Positions 9,281-19,012 of a stretch of DNA of 37,870 nucleotides are shown piece by piece (position 1 is the first letter of the stretch; each line of letters opens with the position of its first letter). The position numbers and the translations under genes were made by a program. The notes under the pieces were generated by a model. It did no database searches and was not told the origin of the DNA. It saw only the letters and a program-made list of their open reading frames with translations. Source of the DNA: a virus (taxonomy: Duplodnaviria > Caudoviricetes); the IMG/VR virus record IMGVR_UViG_3300023107_000007, positions 1-37,870 of that record. The stretch is one strand, 5' to 3'.

Positions 9281-9625
9281 ATGTTTGAGATTGAAGACAG
9301 TTCCGAAACGGTCCCGATGATCCCGTTCGGGTTCACCAAGGACGGTGTGCAGAAGACCCTGTTTGAACTGCCCGTGCTGGGGGCTAAGGGCGTCCCGATG
9401 GGCATCATGTCGTCGTTCGGCATCTTCTACGACAAGTTCTCCTCCGGTCGAGCGTTGACCGATTCGGAACTGGCCGCGTCGTGGTCGTTCTTCATCCAGA
9501 CCCTCGCAGACACCTACCCCGATGCAACCCGGCAGCTTGCCCGGTTGGACGAAGCACAGCTCAAAGCCGCGCTCGAGCACTGGGTGTCGGAGTCGGGTGA
9601 GTTCGACCCAAAAGTTTCGTCCTAG
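9281..9625 (+). CDS. Tail assembly chaperone (G-like)
   Basis: Lies between major tail and tape measure; ends at a slippery site. Confidence 0.85.
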   Translation: MFEIEDSSETVPMIPFGFTKDGVQKTLFELPVLGAKGVPMGIMSSFGIFYDKFSSGRALTDSELAASWSFFIQTLADTYPDATRQLARLDEAQLKAALEHWVSESGEFDPKVSS

Positions 9626-9996
9626 TCGGAATCCAGGAGTGGCATAAAAACGCACTCCGGTTCGACTTCCGGGCCCGACTCGGCCTGGACTACGACCTAC
9701 TCGCGGCCGGACGGATCTCGTGGAATGAGGCGTGGGGACATGTAACCGAGTTGCTCCGTGAACCGTCTAGCCATCTTGTGGCAGCGGTCGAGGGACACCG
9801 GTATGTGCCCGCTGACGCGGAACGTGCTGCATGGTCTGTCTTCGAAATGTGGCTCGCAAGTCAGTCGAAGAAGAGTGCAAGGAAACTCGACCGACCGTGG
9901 CACGGGAAGAAGCCCACGTATGAGGTTGCGACATCCGCTCAACCGATCGATTCCGAGAGTGCTGCCCGTCGTGCGCAGTTAGCCCAAATGTTCTAG
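9281..9996 (+). CDS. Tail assembly chaperone, -1 frameshifted long form (GT-like)
   Basis: C CCA AAA at 9607-9613 in X XXY YYZ phase; the -1 frame is open to TAG at 9996 (ALRFDFRARLG...LLREPSSHL). Confidence 0.85.
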
Positions 9997-10034
9997 TCCC
10001 TGTTGCCGCGGGGTGGTCTTCGAAGGAGATCCCC

Positions 10035-12389
10035 GTGTCACAGGCTCAGCTTTGGGTGGAGATTCTTCCCACCACTAAGGGCATTCAGAAGCAGGTTGAA
10101 ACCGACCTTGGCGGTGCGTTTACCGCAACGGAGGGCCGGGCTAAGACTTTCTGGGGGAAGGTTGCTGGGTTTGCTGGCGTAGCTACCACTGCGATTGCCG
10201 GCACGGCTGCTGTTATCGCCGGCATCTCTCTCAAGGGTGGTCTTGAGCGTGCTCTGAACATCGAGGACGCGACGGCGAAGCTGAAGGGTCTTGGCAACTC
10301 GACCGAAACTGTAAGCGCGATCATGCAGAACGCACTGGCCTCTGTTCGGGGCACCGCGTTCGGTCTGGACTCGGCTGCCACTGTTGCGGCGTCGGCTGTG
10401 GCTGCTGGCATCAAACCGGGTCAGCAGCTCGAGAAGTATCTGCGCCTCACTGCGGACGCTGCCACCATCGCCGGGTCTTCCCTCGATGAGATGGGCAGCA
10501 TCCTCAACAAGGTGCAGACGCAAGGGCATGCGTACACGGACAACCTGCAGCAGCTCTCCGACCGGGGCATCCCGATCTTCCAGTGGCTGCAGAAAGAGTA
10601 CGGCGTTTCCGCCGACAAGCTCTCCGACATGGTGCGTCAGGGCGAGGTCGACTCGGCCACGTTCCAGAAGGTCATTGAGGAGAACATCGGCGGCGCTGCT
10701 CTGGCGTCCGGTGACACGACCCGCGGGGCGTACGCGAACATGCTGGCATCCCTCAGTCGAACGGGTGCGAATCTGCTCAGTGGGGTGTTTCCTCTGTTCA
10801 AGGAGACGTTCCAGGGCATCACCGCGGCGATGGCCCCAGTCGAGACTGCGGCGAAGAACGTCGGCATCGCATTCGGGGAGTTCGTTGTTCCGCTCGCGGG
10901 GAAGCTCAGCGAAGCGTTCAAGTCGATCGACCTCACTGCTATTCGTGATGGCCTGTCGGGACTTGCTCCGATCATCGGCCCGCTCGTCGGTGGGCTCATC
11001 GCGCTGTCCTCGAGCTTCCTTGGGACTTTGCCTGTCATCGGCAAGCTCATCCCAGTGATCTCCGGACCGCTCGGAATCGTTCTCGGACTCGTGGCGGCTC
11101 TCATCGCAACGTCGCCCGAGCTGCGTGCCGCCCTGGGTGATGCTTTCAGCCAGATCGCTGCAGCGATTGGTTCCGCGCTGGCGACCCTTGCGCCGCTGTT
11201 CGCACAACTGGTCCCTGTGATCGGTCTGATCGCTGGTGCGCTGGCCGGTGCGCTGGCTGGTGCTCTCACTGCTCTGATGCCGTTCATCATCAGCTTCATC
11301 GGGGTGCTCGTCAGTTTGGTGCAGCAGTTGCTTCCGGTGATTCTGCCGCTCATTCAGGACTTGGCGGGAACGTTCGCGGTGCTGATGGGTGCGCTCATGC
11401 CCCTGGTCGGCAGTGTGCTTGACGCTCTCCTGCCGGCACTGATGCTGCTGGTCCCGGTGATTGTCGGCATCGTCCAGGCCATCGCGCCCCTGGTGTCGCA
11501 ACTGATCAACGCCCTGCTGCCTGTGTTCACGGCCCTTATCCCGCCGATCATGGGCATTGTCAGCGCAATCCTGCCGCTTGTGTCGGTGCTGATTTCCGCA
11601 CTGATGCCGATCTTCAACGCCCTGCTGCCGGTCATCACCATGATCATCAACACCGCGCTGATGCCACTGCTCGACATCTTCAGCCAGTTGCTCACCCCAA
11701 TCCTGGGGCTGATCACACCACTGCTCGGGCTACTGACAACGATCCTCACACCGCTCATCCCGATCATCGTGCAGCTAATGAACTACGCACTGGTGCCACT
11801 GATGACAGCGTTCAAAATGATCCTGCCCCCGATCATGGAGGTGGTCAGCGGACTTGCGAGCAGCCTCATCCCGATCATCTCCGCCGTCATGGACATCCTG
11901 GGTGGTCTGATCACCTTCCTGACCGGTGTGTTCACCGGCAACTGGAAGAAGGCGTGGGAGGGCATTCAGCAGGTCTTCAAGGGCCTGATGGATGCCAACG
12001 TAGCCATTCTCAAGGGTGCCGTGAACCTCATGATCGATCTGATCAACGGCATCATCTCGGGCATCAACGATGTGGCCGGCGCGGTGAAAGATGCGACCGG
12101 TGGTGCGATCAATATCCGCATCGGGAAGATCCCACGGCTCGCGAATGGTGCGGTCGTGAAGTCTGGCACGGGCGGCGCTATCGCTCAAATCGGTGAAGGC
12201 CGTTACGACGAAGCGGTGATGCCGCTTGGTGGGCCGCAGCTCGAGAAGATTCGCGCCGCATTGCAGGGCGGTGTCTCCCCACAGCCCACCGGTGGCGTGC
12301 GTGATGTCATCTTCCAGAACCCGGACCCGTACGTGCTTCTCGACATGTTCAACCAGAAATTCGGACAGGGATTGAGGGTCGCACGATGA
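10035..12389 (+). CDS. Tape measure protein
   Basis: 784 aa; tape-measure N-terminal domain (ASVRGTAFGLD, LQQLSDRGIPI); hydrophobic Pro-spaced repeats; FTGNWKKAWEGI. Confidence 0.95.
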   Translation: MSQAQLWVEILPTTKGIQKQVETDLGGAFTATEGRAKTFWGKVAGFAGVATTAIAGTAAVIAGISLKGGLERALNIEDATAKLKGLGNSTETVSAIMQNALASVRGTAFGLDSAATVAASAVAAGIKPGQQLEKYLRLTADAATIAGSSLDEMGSILNKVQTQGHAYTDNLQQLSDRGIPIFQWLQKEYGVSADKLSDMVRQGEVDSATFQKVIEENIGGAALASGDTTRGAYANMLASLSRTGANLLSGVFPLFKETFQGITAAMAPVETAAKNVGIAFGEFVVPLAGKLSEAFKSIDLTAIRDGLSGLAPIIGPLVGGLIALSSSFLGTLPVIGKLIPVISGPLGIVLGLVAALIATSPELRAALGDAFSQIAAAIGSALATLAPLFAQLVPVIGLIAGALAGALAGALTALMPFIISFIGVLVSLVQQLLPVILPLIQDLAGTFAVLMGALMPLVGSVLDALLPALMLLVPVIVGIVQAIAPLVSQLINALLPVFTALIPPIMGIVSAILPLVSVLISALMPIFNALLPVITMIINTALMPLLDIFSQLLTPILGLITPLLGLLTTILTPLIPIIVQLMNYALVPLMTAFKMILPPIMEVVSGLASSLIPIISAVMDILGGLITFLTGVFTGNWKKAWEGIQQVFKGLMDANVAILKGAVNLMIDLINGIISGINDVAGAVKDATGGAINIRIGKIPRLANGAVVKSGTGGAIAQIGEGRYDEAVMPLGGPQLEKIRAALQGGVSPQPTGGVRDVIFQNPDPYVLLDMFNQKFGQGLRVAR

Positions 12390-13243
12390 CGGACAAAGTT
12401 CACGTCGGCCCGCTCACGTTCGACGGCGAGGGCAATTCGGATTGGGTCTACTCGAAGCTGAAGGGGTGGGCCAGTGGCGCACCCATGCGCGGGCAGACGG
12501 ATGAACGGCCTGTCGCTGACGGTGCGAACGGTTCGGCTAAGAACTTTCGTTCGGCCCGGACGCTCACCCTCGAGGGGGCGTTGCGGGCGGACACGTTCGA
12601 GGAAGCCGAAAGCGACTTCTGGGATGCTTTCGCATCCATCCAAGCCGATGGTGTTCCGTTCCCCCTCTCCGTTGAGAACAACAACGGGACACGCACCTGC
12701 ACGGTCTCCCTGGATGGCGTCCCGGAGATTGACGAAACGGGCGAAAGCCCCAACGTGGCGAGCATCAGCGCAACGTTCATCGCTTACGACCCGATCAAGT
12801 ACGGGCCGTCACGCACTGTTTCGACGGGTCTGCCAACAGCGGGTGGTGGGCTCGAGTACCCGCTGCATTCCCCGACAGGCGCTCTCTACTACGGGGCGAA
12901 CGGCAACCTTGGCCGGATGACGTTGGTGAACAACGGCACCGCGGATGTGTGGCCCAGTTTCAAAGCCACAGGCGGGCTCACATCCGGGTTCTTCATTCAA
13001 CGGCTCGATACGGGCGATGTGCTCCGGTACGACCGTGTTGTCCCGGCCGGCACGGTCATCGGGTTCGACTCACAGACCGAAACGGTCACGGTCGACGGCA
13101 TCCCAGGCGGCTCCACATATCTCACACGCTCCGAATGGTTCTCCGTCCCACGGAAGTCGTCCATTGAGGTGCAGTTCAACGCAATCGGCGGTTCAAGCGG
13201 GGCCCCTCTGCTCGAGGGAACTATTGCAGATGGGTTCTGGTAG
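12386..13243 (+). CDS. Distal tail (Dit-like) minor tail protein
   Basis: Follows tape measure; ARTLTLEG, FIAYDPIKYG and NNGTADVWP motifs. Confidence 0.8.
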   Translation: MTDKVHVGPLTFDGEGNSDWVYSKLKGWASGAPMRGQTDERPVADGANGSAKNFRSARTLTLEGALRADTFEEAESDFWDAFASIQADGVPFPLSVENNNGTRTCTVSLDGVPEIDETGESPNVASISATFIAYDPIKYGPSRTVSTGLPTAGGGLEYPLHSPTGALYYGANGNLGRMTLVNNGTADVWPSFKATGGLTSGFFIQRLDTGDVLRYDRVVPAGTVIGFDSQTETVTVDGIPGGSTYLTRSEWFSVPRKSSIEVQFNAIGGSSGAPLLEGTIADGFW

Positions 13244-14395
13244 ATGCCTAGGTTCTTCATCGGTGACCTGCTCACCGGGCGGCGGCTCCAAGACCTGAAT
13301 GTCGCTTCGGGTTCTTGGACGAACACACTCAACGCGGCCGGGGCGATCAGTTGCACAGTGTCCCTTCGTGACCCGGTTACCCGCAAGTTGGGGTTGGCGG
13401 ATCTCGCTGCGGTGGGGAAGTCGTTCCTTGCTGTTGCGGAGGGAACCACGATTCTGAACGCTGGCCCGTTGTGGGTGCACGACTACGACGATGACGCGCA
13501 AACCTTGTCGTTTACGGCTGCGGGCATGTGGTCGTATTTCGATCACCGTGTCTTGCTGCCGGTCCTCGCGGGTCGGCTGCCCACCGATCCGACAACGAAC
13601 ACCCGATGGACGAAAGTGTCTGTCGACCCGGACGACCCGTGGCCGACTGACACGAGCAAGTCGTATCAGGGGATGGTTCGTGGGCTTGTGGCACAGGCGC
13701 AGGCGCAGACTGGTGGAAACGTGCCGGTGATCCTGCCGGCTGAGATTCCTGGTGGGTTCGAGCGCAACTACGTGGGTGCTGATGTCGCATGGGTTGGTGA
13801 GCGTATCAAGCAACTGACTCAGGTTGAGAACGGTCCTGATGTTCGTTTCCCGCCCCGGTTCACGACCGACAAACTCGGTGTGGAATGGCCGCTCCTGATC
13901 GGCACCCCAACCCAGCCGTTGCTGTTCTCTCCGATCGATGTCATCTTCCGGCCGTCTGCAGCGAAGTCGTCTGTGTCGAACCTGAAGGTGAACGTGGACG
14001 GTACGCAGCTCGCCAGTCGCGGGTTTGCGTCTGGCGGGCGGCAGAGCGGTGAATCGGTCGCTGCAGTTGCGACCGACCCCACTCTGCCGGCTGCTGGCTA
14101 CCCGGCACTGGATGCTGTCGATTCAACCCACCAAACGATTTCCAAGGACGCGACGGTCGAAGGGTATGCGAACGAGTTGGTTGTGCGTGGTCGTAACCCA
14201 GTTCAAACATGGTCACTCACTCACAACGTGTCGCAGGAACCCTTCCTTGGCACATTCTCTGAGGGCGATTTTGCGAGCATCCGAATGCACGACAACCCGT
14301 ACATCAAAGAGGGTCACCACCGAATGCGGATAACCCAAATCGGTGGCGACCACAAAGGGCAGACCGTAAACCTGTCATTCCAGCCGGAGGTGTGA
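13244..14395 (+). CDS. Minor tail protein (baseplate hub/Tal-like)
   Basis: 383 aa after Dit; IGDLLTG start; GPDVRFPPRF. Confidence 0.75.
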   Translation: MPRFFIGDLLTGRRLQDLNVASGSWTNTLNAAGAISCTVSLRDPVTRKLGLADLAAVGKSFLAVAEGTTILNAGPLWVHDYDDDAQTLSFTAAGMWSYFDHRVLLPVLAGRLPTDPTTNTRWTKVSVDPDDPWPTDTSKSYQGMVRGLVAQAQAQTGGNVPVILPAEIPGGFERNYVGADVAWVGERIKQLTQVENGPDVRFPPRFTTDKLGVEWPLLIGTPTQPLLFSPIDVIFRPSAAKSSVSNLKVNVDGTQLASRGFASGGRQSGESVAAVATDPTLPAAGYPALDAVDSTHQTISKDATVEGYANELVVRGRNPVQTWSLTHNVSQEPFLGTFSEGDFASIRMHDNPYIKEGHHRMRITQIGGDHKGQTVNLSFQPEV

Positions 14396-14397
14396 GC

Positions 14398-15096
14398 ATG
14401 GCTGGTGGTTATGTCATTCCTGCTTTGACGCCGATGGAGCAGTTGATTCAGCAGCTCGAGTCGTTGCGGGAGCAGGTTCGTGAACTGCAGCGTCCTGATG
14501 GTTCGCAGCTTTCGGATTCGGTGAAGAAGTTGACCCAGTTGGTGAACGATTTGCCGGGTCAGGTGTTCGCCGTTCTTGCCACTGCGGTCGACACTGGCAA
14601 TGTCACGGCGACTGGGTTCGGCCATTTCGGTGGCGAAGTCACAGCCGGTGGCAACGCATCGGTCGGGGGCACCCTGGGAGTGTCCGGCAATTCAACCTTC
14701 GGCCCCATCAAGTCGGCTTACGCACGAGCCCACACTGTACTTTCCGGGTACGCAAATGCGTACTGGGATGGCAACGGCGACGCTGGCGTGAACGTCTCAT
14801 CCGTTGTGTACAAGCAAGACATCGCACCCGCTGACCTTTCGGAAGAGGTACAGGGCATTCTTCGTATGGCCCTTGTCCGATTCCGGTACACCGCCGCGGT
14901 GGAAGAGTATGGCGACGATGCACCGGTGGAGCTCGGTTCATTGGCTGAATATGTCGAGTCGATCGGACTTGGTGAATACATCTTCTACGACGAGCAAGGC
15001 ACCGTTCAGGGCATCAGTTACGAGCGGTTGACCATCCCGCTGATCGCGGTCGTGCAGAGCTTGGACGCCCGTCTAAAGGCGCTCGAGGCTGCCTAG
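14398..15096 (+). CDS. Minor tail protein with C-terminal peptidase S74-like intramolecular chaperone
   Basis: SSVVYKQDI...VRFRY...GSLAE...GISYERLTIPLIAVVQSL plus terminal coiled coil; alternative GTG start at 14392. Confidence 0.75.
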   Translation: MAGGYVIPALTPMEQLIQQLESLREQVRELQRPDGSQLSDSVKKLTQLVNDLPGQVFAVLATAVDTGNVTATGFGHFGGEVTAGGNASVGGTLGVSGNSTFGPIKSAYARAHTVLSGYANAYWDGNGDAGVNVSSVVYKQDIAPADLSEEVQGILRMALVRFRYTAAVEEYGDDAPVELGSLAEYVESIGLGEYIFYDEQGTVQGISYERLTIPLIAVVQSLDARLKALEAA

Positions 15097-15659
15097 TCGC
15101 AGGTGGGAACACCGTTGATGGTGGACCCTGAACCGCTGGCGCACTGGGTGGTGTCGTAGTGACCGCCGCCCGCTTCGTTGGGGTCGGACACGAACGGAAT
15201 GGGCGAACCTGGCGAACCGGGTGCAGCGGCACCACCTGACGTTGAACGCTTCACCGGGGCTTTAGTCGCGGCTTTCGCTGCAGCGTCAGCGGCTGCTTGT
15301 GCTGCCGCGGCATCCGCTGCGGCCTGTGCATCAGCGGCAGCTTTGGCATCTGCTGCAGCTTTCGCCTCAACCGCGGCCTTGTCGACAAGGAACTGCTGGT
15401 ACGCGGCTTCATCAGCAGCGTCCTGAGCGGTCTTCGCATCCTCAGCAGCCGCATACATGGCTTTCTCGGTGGCTTTCTGCTCCGCGGTCGCTTCAGCCGC
15501 AGCAACAGTGCGTGCCTGCTGCTCTGCGCGTGCGTTCTGAATTGCGGTCGCGGTGCCGACCGTGCCGAACACCAACCCGCCAACAACGACAACCGCAATA
15601 CCGATTTGCGCGGGCAGCGGCAACCGGCTCCGGGTGAAAGTTTCGCGAGTGATCTTCAT
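15093..15659 (-). CDS. Membrane-anchored/exported Ala-rich protein (moron-like)
   Basis: N-terminal TM segment IGIAVVVVGGLVFGTVG, Ala-rich helix, C-terminal Cys pair; TAATTT box 6 nt before ATG suggests a leaderless transcript. Confidence 0.75.
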   Translation of the reverse strand: MKITRETFTRSRLPLPAQIGIAVVVVGGLVFGTVGTATAIQNARAEQQARTVAAAEATAEQKATEKAMYAAAEDAKTAQDAADEAAYQQFLVDKAAVEAKAAADAKAAADAQAAADAAAAQAAADAAAKAATKAPVKRSTSGGAAAPGSPGSPIPFVSDPNEAGGGHYDTTQCASGSGSTINGVPTCD

Positions 15660-15750
15660 CCGCACAAATTAATCCACTTCGGCGGGAACTTCTACCCCCA
15701 CAAGGGGTCTGCCCACCTTTTCGTTACCAACGACCACCCGGAAGGACCCC

Positions 15751-16128
15751 ATGCCGAACAGCATCACTCTCCCCATTCAGGAGGAGAACAGCACCGTTGA
15801 CGCCGAAAAGGTGGTGGCGTGGGCAACCCAGGTTGAGGGTGTCGACGCGCACATTGTGTGGAACTACATCCCCATCGGTGACGGGATGGAACGGGGCGAC
15901 CTGAACGGCGTCACCATCCAGTGGGCACACGAGGACACCACGCTCGAGCCCGCCCAGCTAATCGACACAATCGTCGAGTTCACGGACCGTGACGGCGACG
16001 ACTGGGAGTACCCGGTCCAGCTGATCGGTGTGCCCGCGGTTGTCGCACCCACCGCAACGAAGGCCGTGCATGTTCGCCCCGGTCAGACGATCACCCGCAC
16101 AAAGAACGGATTCGAGGTGACCGCATGA
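15751..16128 (+). CDS. Hypothetical tail-region protein
   Basis: AAGGA RBS; ATGA overlap with the next gene. Confidence 0.75.
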   Translation: MPNSITLPIQEENSTVDAEKVVAWATQVEGVDAHIVWNYIPIGDGMERGDLNGVTIQWAHEDTTLEPAQLIDTIVEFTDRDGDDWEYPVQLIGVPAVVAPTATKAVHVRPGQTITRTKNGFEVTA

Positions 16129-17090
16129 CCGCTTTCAAAGGACTCGGCACCTACGGCAATGCAGTCGGTGTGGTCACCCCCCTCGACCACAAACTCGCAG
16201 ACGCCAGCCTCATCACCAAAGCATCCGGCAACCTGATCCGCACCGGCCTGTTCTGGGGCGGTACTGCAACGATCGTCACCGGTACCGCAGGCATGGCTTA
16301 CAGTGTCGCCGGGTACACCTGCGCGACCACCCGCGGTGTCTCGTCTGGTGCGGTCATCGGCGGCAACGACGGCGCACTGTCCGTCAGCACCAGCGCAGCA
16401 CCGGGCTCAAACTCCCGCTACGACGTTGTGTACCACTGGCACCGCGAATTCTCCCTCGATGGCACCGACTCCAACCCGGTCATCGGCGTCATCCAGGGAA
16501 CCGCCGCCGCCTCACCCACCGTCCCATCACTGGCAGCATTCCCTGGCGCTATCGCACTCGCCACCATCCTCGTGCCCGCTGGCGTCACCGCAACAAACAG
16601 CGGAACCACCATCACCCAGACCGCCCCGTTCACCGCAACCGCGGGTGCAGCGATTATGTTCCGCAACCTGACGGAAGCGAACGCGGCAACTGTCATTGAT
16701 GGCACCCGCGGCATGCTCCTCGACACCGGCGTGAACATCAATCGTGTTTCCGGCGCATGGGTGCAGGAGGTAACCACCGGCACATTCGTATGGGTCGCCT
16801 ACTACTCGACTGTCACGGCCAACAAGGTCACCCGCGACAATCGTACGGGCCTGGTGAACATCACCGCCCGCGCGTTTCCCCCCGCCGCGGTAACCGATGG
16901 TTCCTCTATCGCAACAATCCCGGCAGGCTTCCGTCCGGCGACAGACATGGAACTGCCCGTGTCGGCAACGGTTGGCGGGTCGGCTGTCACCGCCACCCTC
17001 ATCGTCACCGCCTCTACCGGTGATGTGAAGGTGTACGGCGCAGGTTCCAACAAGACCCTGTCCATCGCCGCCACCTACGCAGGTGCCTGA
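16125..17090 (+). CDS. Minor tail / receptor-binding-like protein
   Basis: APGSNSRYDVV...QGTAAASP...ALATILVPAG N-domain; IATIPAGFRP C-domain. Confidence 0.75.
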   Translation: MTAFKGLGTYGNAVGVVTPLDHKLADASLITKASGNLIRTGLFWGGTATIVTGTAGMAYSVAGYTCATTRGVSSGAVIGGNDGALSVSTSAAPGSNSRYDVVYHWHREFSLDGTDSNPVIGVIQGTAAASPTVPSLAAFPGAIALATILVPAGVTATNSGTTITQTAPFTATAGAAIMFRNLTEANAATVIDGTRGMLLDTGVNINRVSGAWVQEVTTGTFVWVAYYSTVTANKVTRDNRTGLVNITARAFPPAAVTDGSSIATIPAGFRPATDMELPVSATVGGSAVTATLIVTASTGDVKVYGAGSNKTLSIAATYAGA

Positions 17091-17788
17091 TGTCTGATCT
17101 GGTTCGCATTCCGTGGCAGCCATCGCTGTGGCTGGCTCCGTCCACGTTGGCTCTTCTGGAGGATGCGTCTCGCCGTCTGGGGCGCAACATTTACCTCAAC
17201 GGGCCGGATGCGGCTTGGCGTTCAGAAGCGCGGCAGCGGTACCTGTGGGACATCAACGGTCATAACCCGGCGAAGGCGAACGACCCGGAACGTGGCCAGC
17301 GAGCCCATATGCGGGCTGCTGCTGTTGACGCTCCGACAGATGCTGCCACCCGCAGCGCTCTGATTGCGGCGGGGATGCTCCCAGACCCGAACGAGAAGTG
17401 GCATTTCAACGACCCGCATTGGCCGTTCATGCCAATCATCAAAACCAATACTGCTGCTGCCGCTTCGAGCGCTATCAGCATCACCACTAACCCGACCGGT
17501 CAGGGCGGCAAGCCTGCACCGACTCAAGAGGAGATAGACGAAATGGCTTCCATCACTGACGCGGCGATTATTCGCAACACGGAAACGGAACAGGTGTGGC
17601 TGTTCGATAACCAGCGTGGCCTTGTCCCGCTGATCCCCACATCCGGCATCGACATCAACGCCGCCGTAGAAGCACACGCCAAAATCTTCCACATCGCACC
17701 AGACAACGCCGCCGAAACCTCACCGCCCCGCAAATATGTGCAACTCAACAACGCACAGTGCAAAGCATGGATCGCCACCCGCGGGTAA
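17090..17788 (+). CDS. Endolysin, M15-like Zn peptidase domain plus C-terminal domain
   Basis: WRSEARQ...H-x6-D (HMRAAAVD)...EKWH motifs; first gene of the lysis cassette. Confidence 0.8.
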   Translation: MSDLVRIPWQPSLWLAPSTLALLEDASRRLGRNIYLNGPDAAWRSEARQRYLWDINGHNPAKANDPERGQRAHMRAAAVDAPTDAATRSALIAAGMLPDPNEKWHFNDPHWPFMPIIKTNTAAAASSAISITTNPTGQGGKPAPTQEEIDEMASITDAAIIRNTETEQVWLFDNQRGLVPLIPTSGIDINAAVEAHAKIFHIAPDNAAETSPPRKYVQLNNAQCKAWIATRG

Positions 17789-17851
17789 CCGTCTCAAGGG
17801 ACCACACCACAACTAAATAGCCCTCGGGCACAACCAGCAAGGGGGCAACCA

Positions 17852-18337
17852 ATGTCTGACCCGTTCAGCACAAAAGGCAAAGCAGAAATGCGCCGCCTCA
17901 TTCAGACAATGAAAACGGAACCCGTGCCCGTCATCATGCCCCGGTGGATGCTGTACCTGCTGTACAGCATGTTCGCCATCCTCGGGGTGACACTCGCCAC
18001 ATTCGGGTCCGTGTCGATCAACTTCTCCACACCGCAGGGTTACATCTTCCCGTACGGCGTATCCATCTTCATCACCTCTGTTGGTGCACTCGTCGGGGCG
18101 ATTGCCACCCGCCACCAACCAGACCCAACACCCCGACTGATTGCGCCCGAACTCGCAGCCGTCATCCTCCTATTCGGCTTGCTGTCCGTGTACATCGCAT
18201 CGTCAGTAGTCCCATGGATACAAGGAGACGCCGGTAAAGGATCACTCGGCGTTGTAGTCACCCTCACCGCACTGATCCCATTCATGCGACTACTCACCCT
18301 CGGGCGGCAGGTCATCGCACGACTGGTCCGCCTGTGA
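17852..18337 (+). CDS. Multi-TM membrane protein (lysis cassette)
   Basis: About four hydrophobic segments. Confidence 0.75.
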   Translation: MSDPFSTKGKAEMRRLIQTMKTEPVPVIMPRWMLYLLYSMFAILGVTLATFGSVSINFSTPQGYIFPYGVSIFITSVGALVGAIATRHQPDPTPRLIAPELAAVILLFGLLSVYIASSVVPWIQGDAGKGSLGVVVTLTALIPFMRLLTLGRQVIARLVRL

Positions 18338-18720
18338 TCCACACCGCTGCAGAAGCAGCAACCCCCGACATTGTCCCCTTCCTGCCGATCATCTCCGCCA
18401 TCCTCGTCGTCGTCATCGGCGGTGTCATCGGCATCTACCAGATGCGATACGGGCGACGGAAAGACCAAGAACGCCCACTGCCCCCGTCATGGCCTGAAAT
18501 GTGGAAGAAGATCAGCGAACTTGACGACAAGTTGAAAGCGCAAGAAGAAACGATCGAGAAACGCGACAAAGCTCTCGGCAACATCCTCACAGCCCTTGTC
18601 GACCAGTGGCCGGCCGATCGCCCCGCCCCCATCTTCGACCCGGAAGATCTCGCCGTGGTGTCAGACATCATGCCCGGCAAATGGGCACGACGCCCACGAC
18701 CCAAACCCGCAACCCCATAA
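18334..18720 (+). CDS. Single-TM membrane protein with coiled coil
   Basis: IISAILVVVIGGVIGIY segment; GTGA overlap. Confidence 0.75.
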   Translation: MIHTAAEAATPDIVPFLPIISAILVVVIGGVIGIYQMRYGRRKDQERPLPPSWPEMWKKISELDDKLKAQEETIEKRDKALGNILTALVDQWPADRPAPIFDPEDLAVVSDIMPGKWARRPRPKPATP

Positions 18721-18730
18721 GGAGCAACCC

Positions 18731-19012
18731 ATGAGCAATGCAGTATCCGCCCTGTTCGCATCAATCGTCCGAACAGTGGTCCCCATCGTCGTCGGTGCTG
18801 TGATCGCGTTCGCGGTCGCACACGGCATCACCCTCGATGACCAGTTCGAATCGCTACTCACCGCCGCACTGACTCTCGGGTTCTCTGGCGTTTATTACAT
18901 CGCCGTGCGCATCCTCGAGACGTATGTCGCGCCTCGCTTCGGTTGGCTGCTCGGACTCGCGAAGACCCCCGCCGTCTACACACCCGAGTCGCCAGCAAAG
19001 CACGCCGCGTGA
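18731..19012 (+). CDS. Holin-like protein
   Basis: AAGGAG RBS; SIVRTVVPIVVG...YYIAVRILE...FGWLLG; two TM segments. Confidence 0.75.
   Translation: MSNAVSALFASIVRTVVPIVVGAVIAFAVAHGITLDDQFESLLTAALTLGFSGVYYIAVRILETYVAPRFGWLLGLAKTPAVYTPESPAKHAA

Noticed and set aside
11200-11950. Repetitive Leu/Pro/Ile-rich sequence
   Set aside because: Ordinary tape-measure helical repeats, not a DNA repeat element
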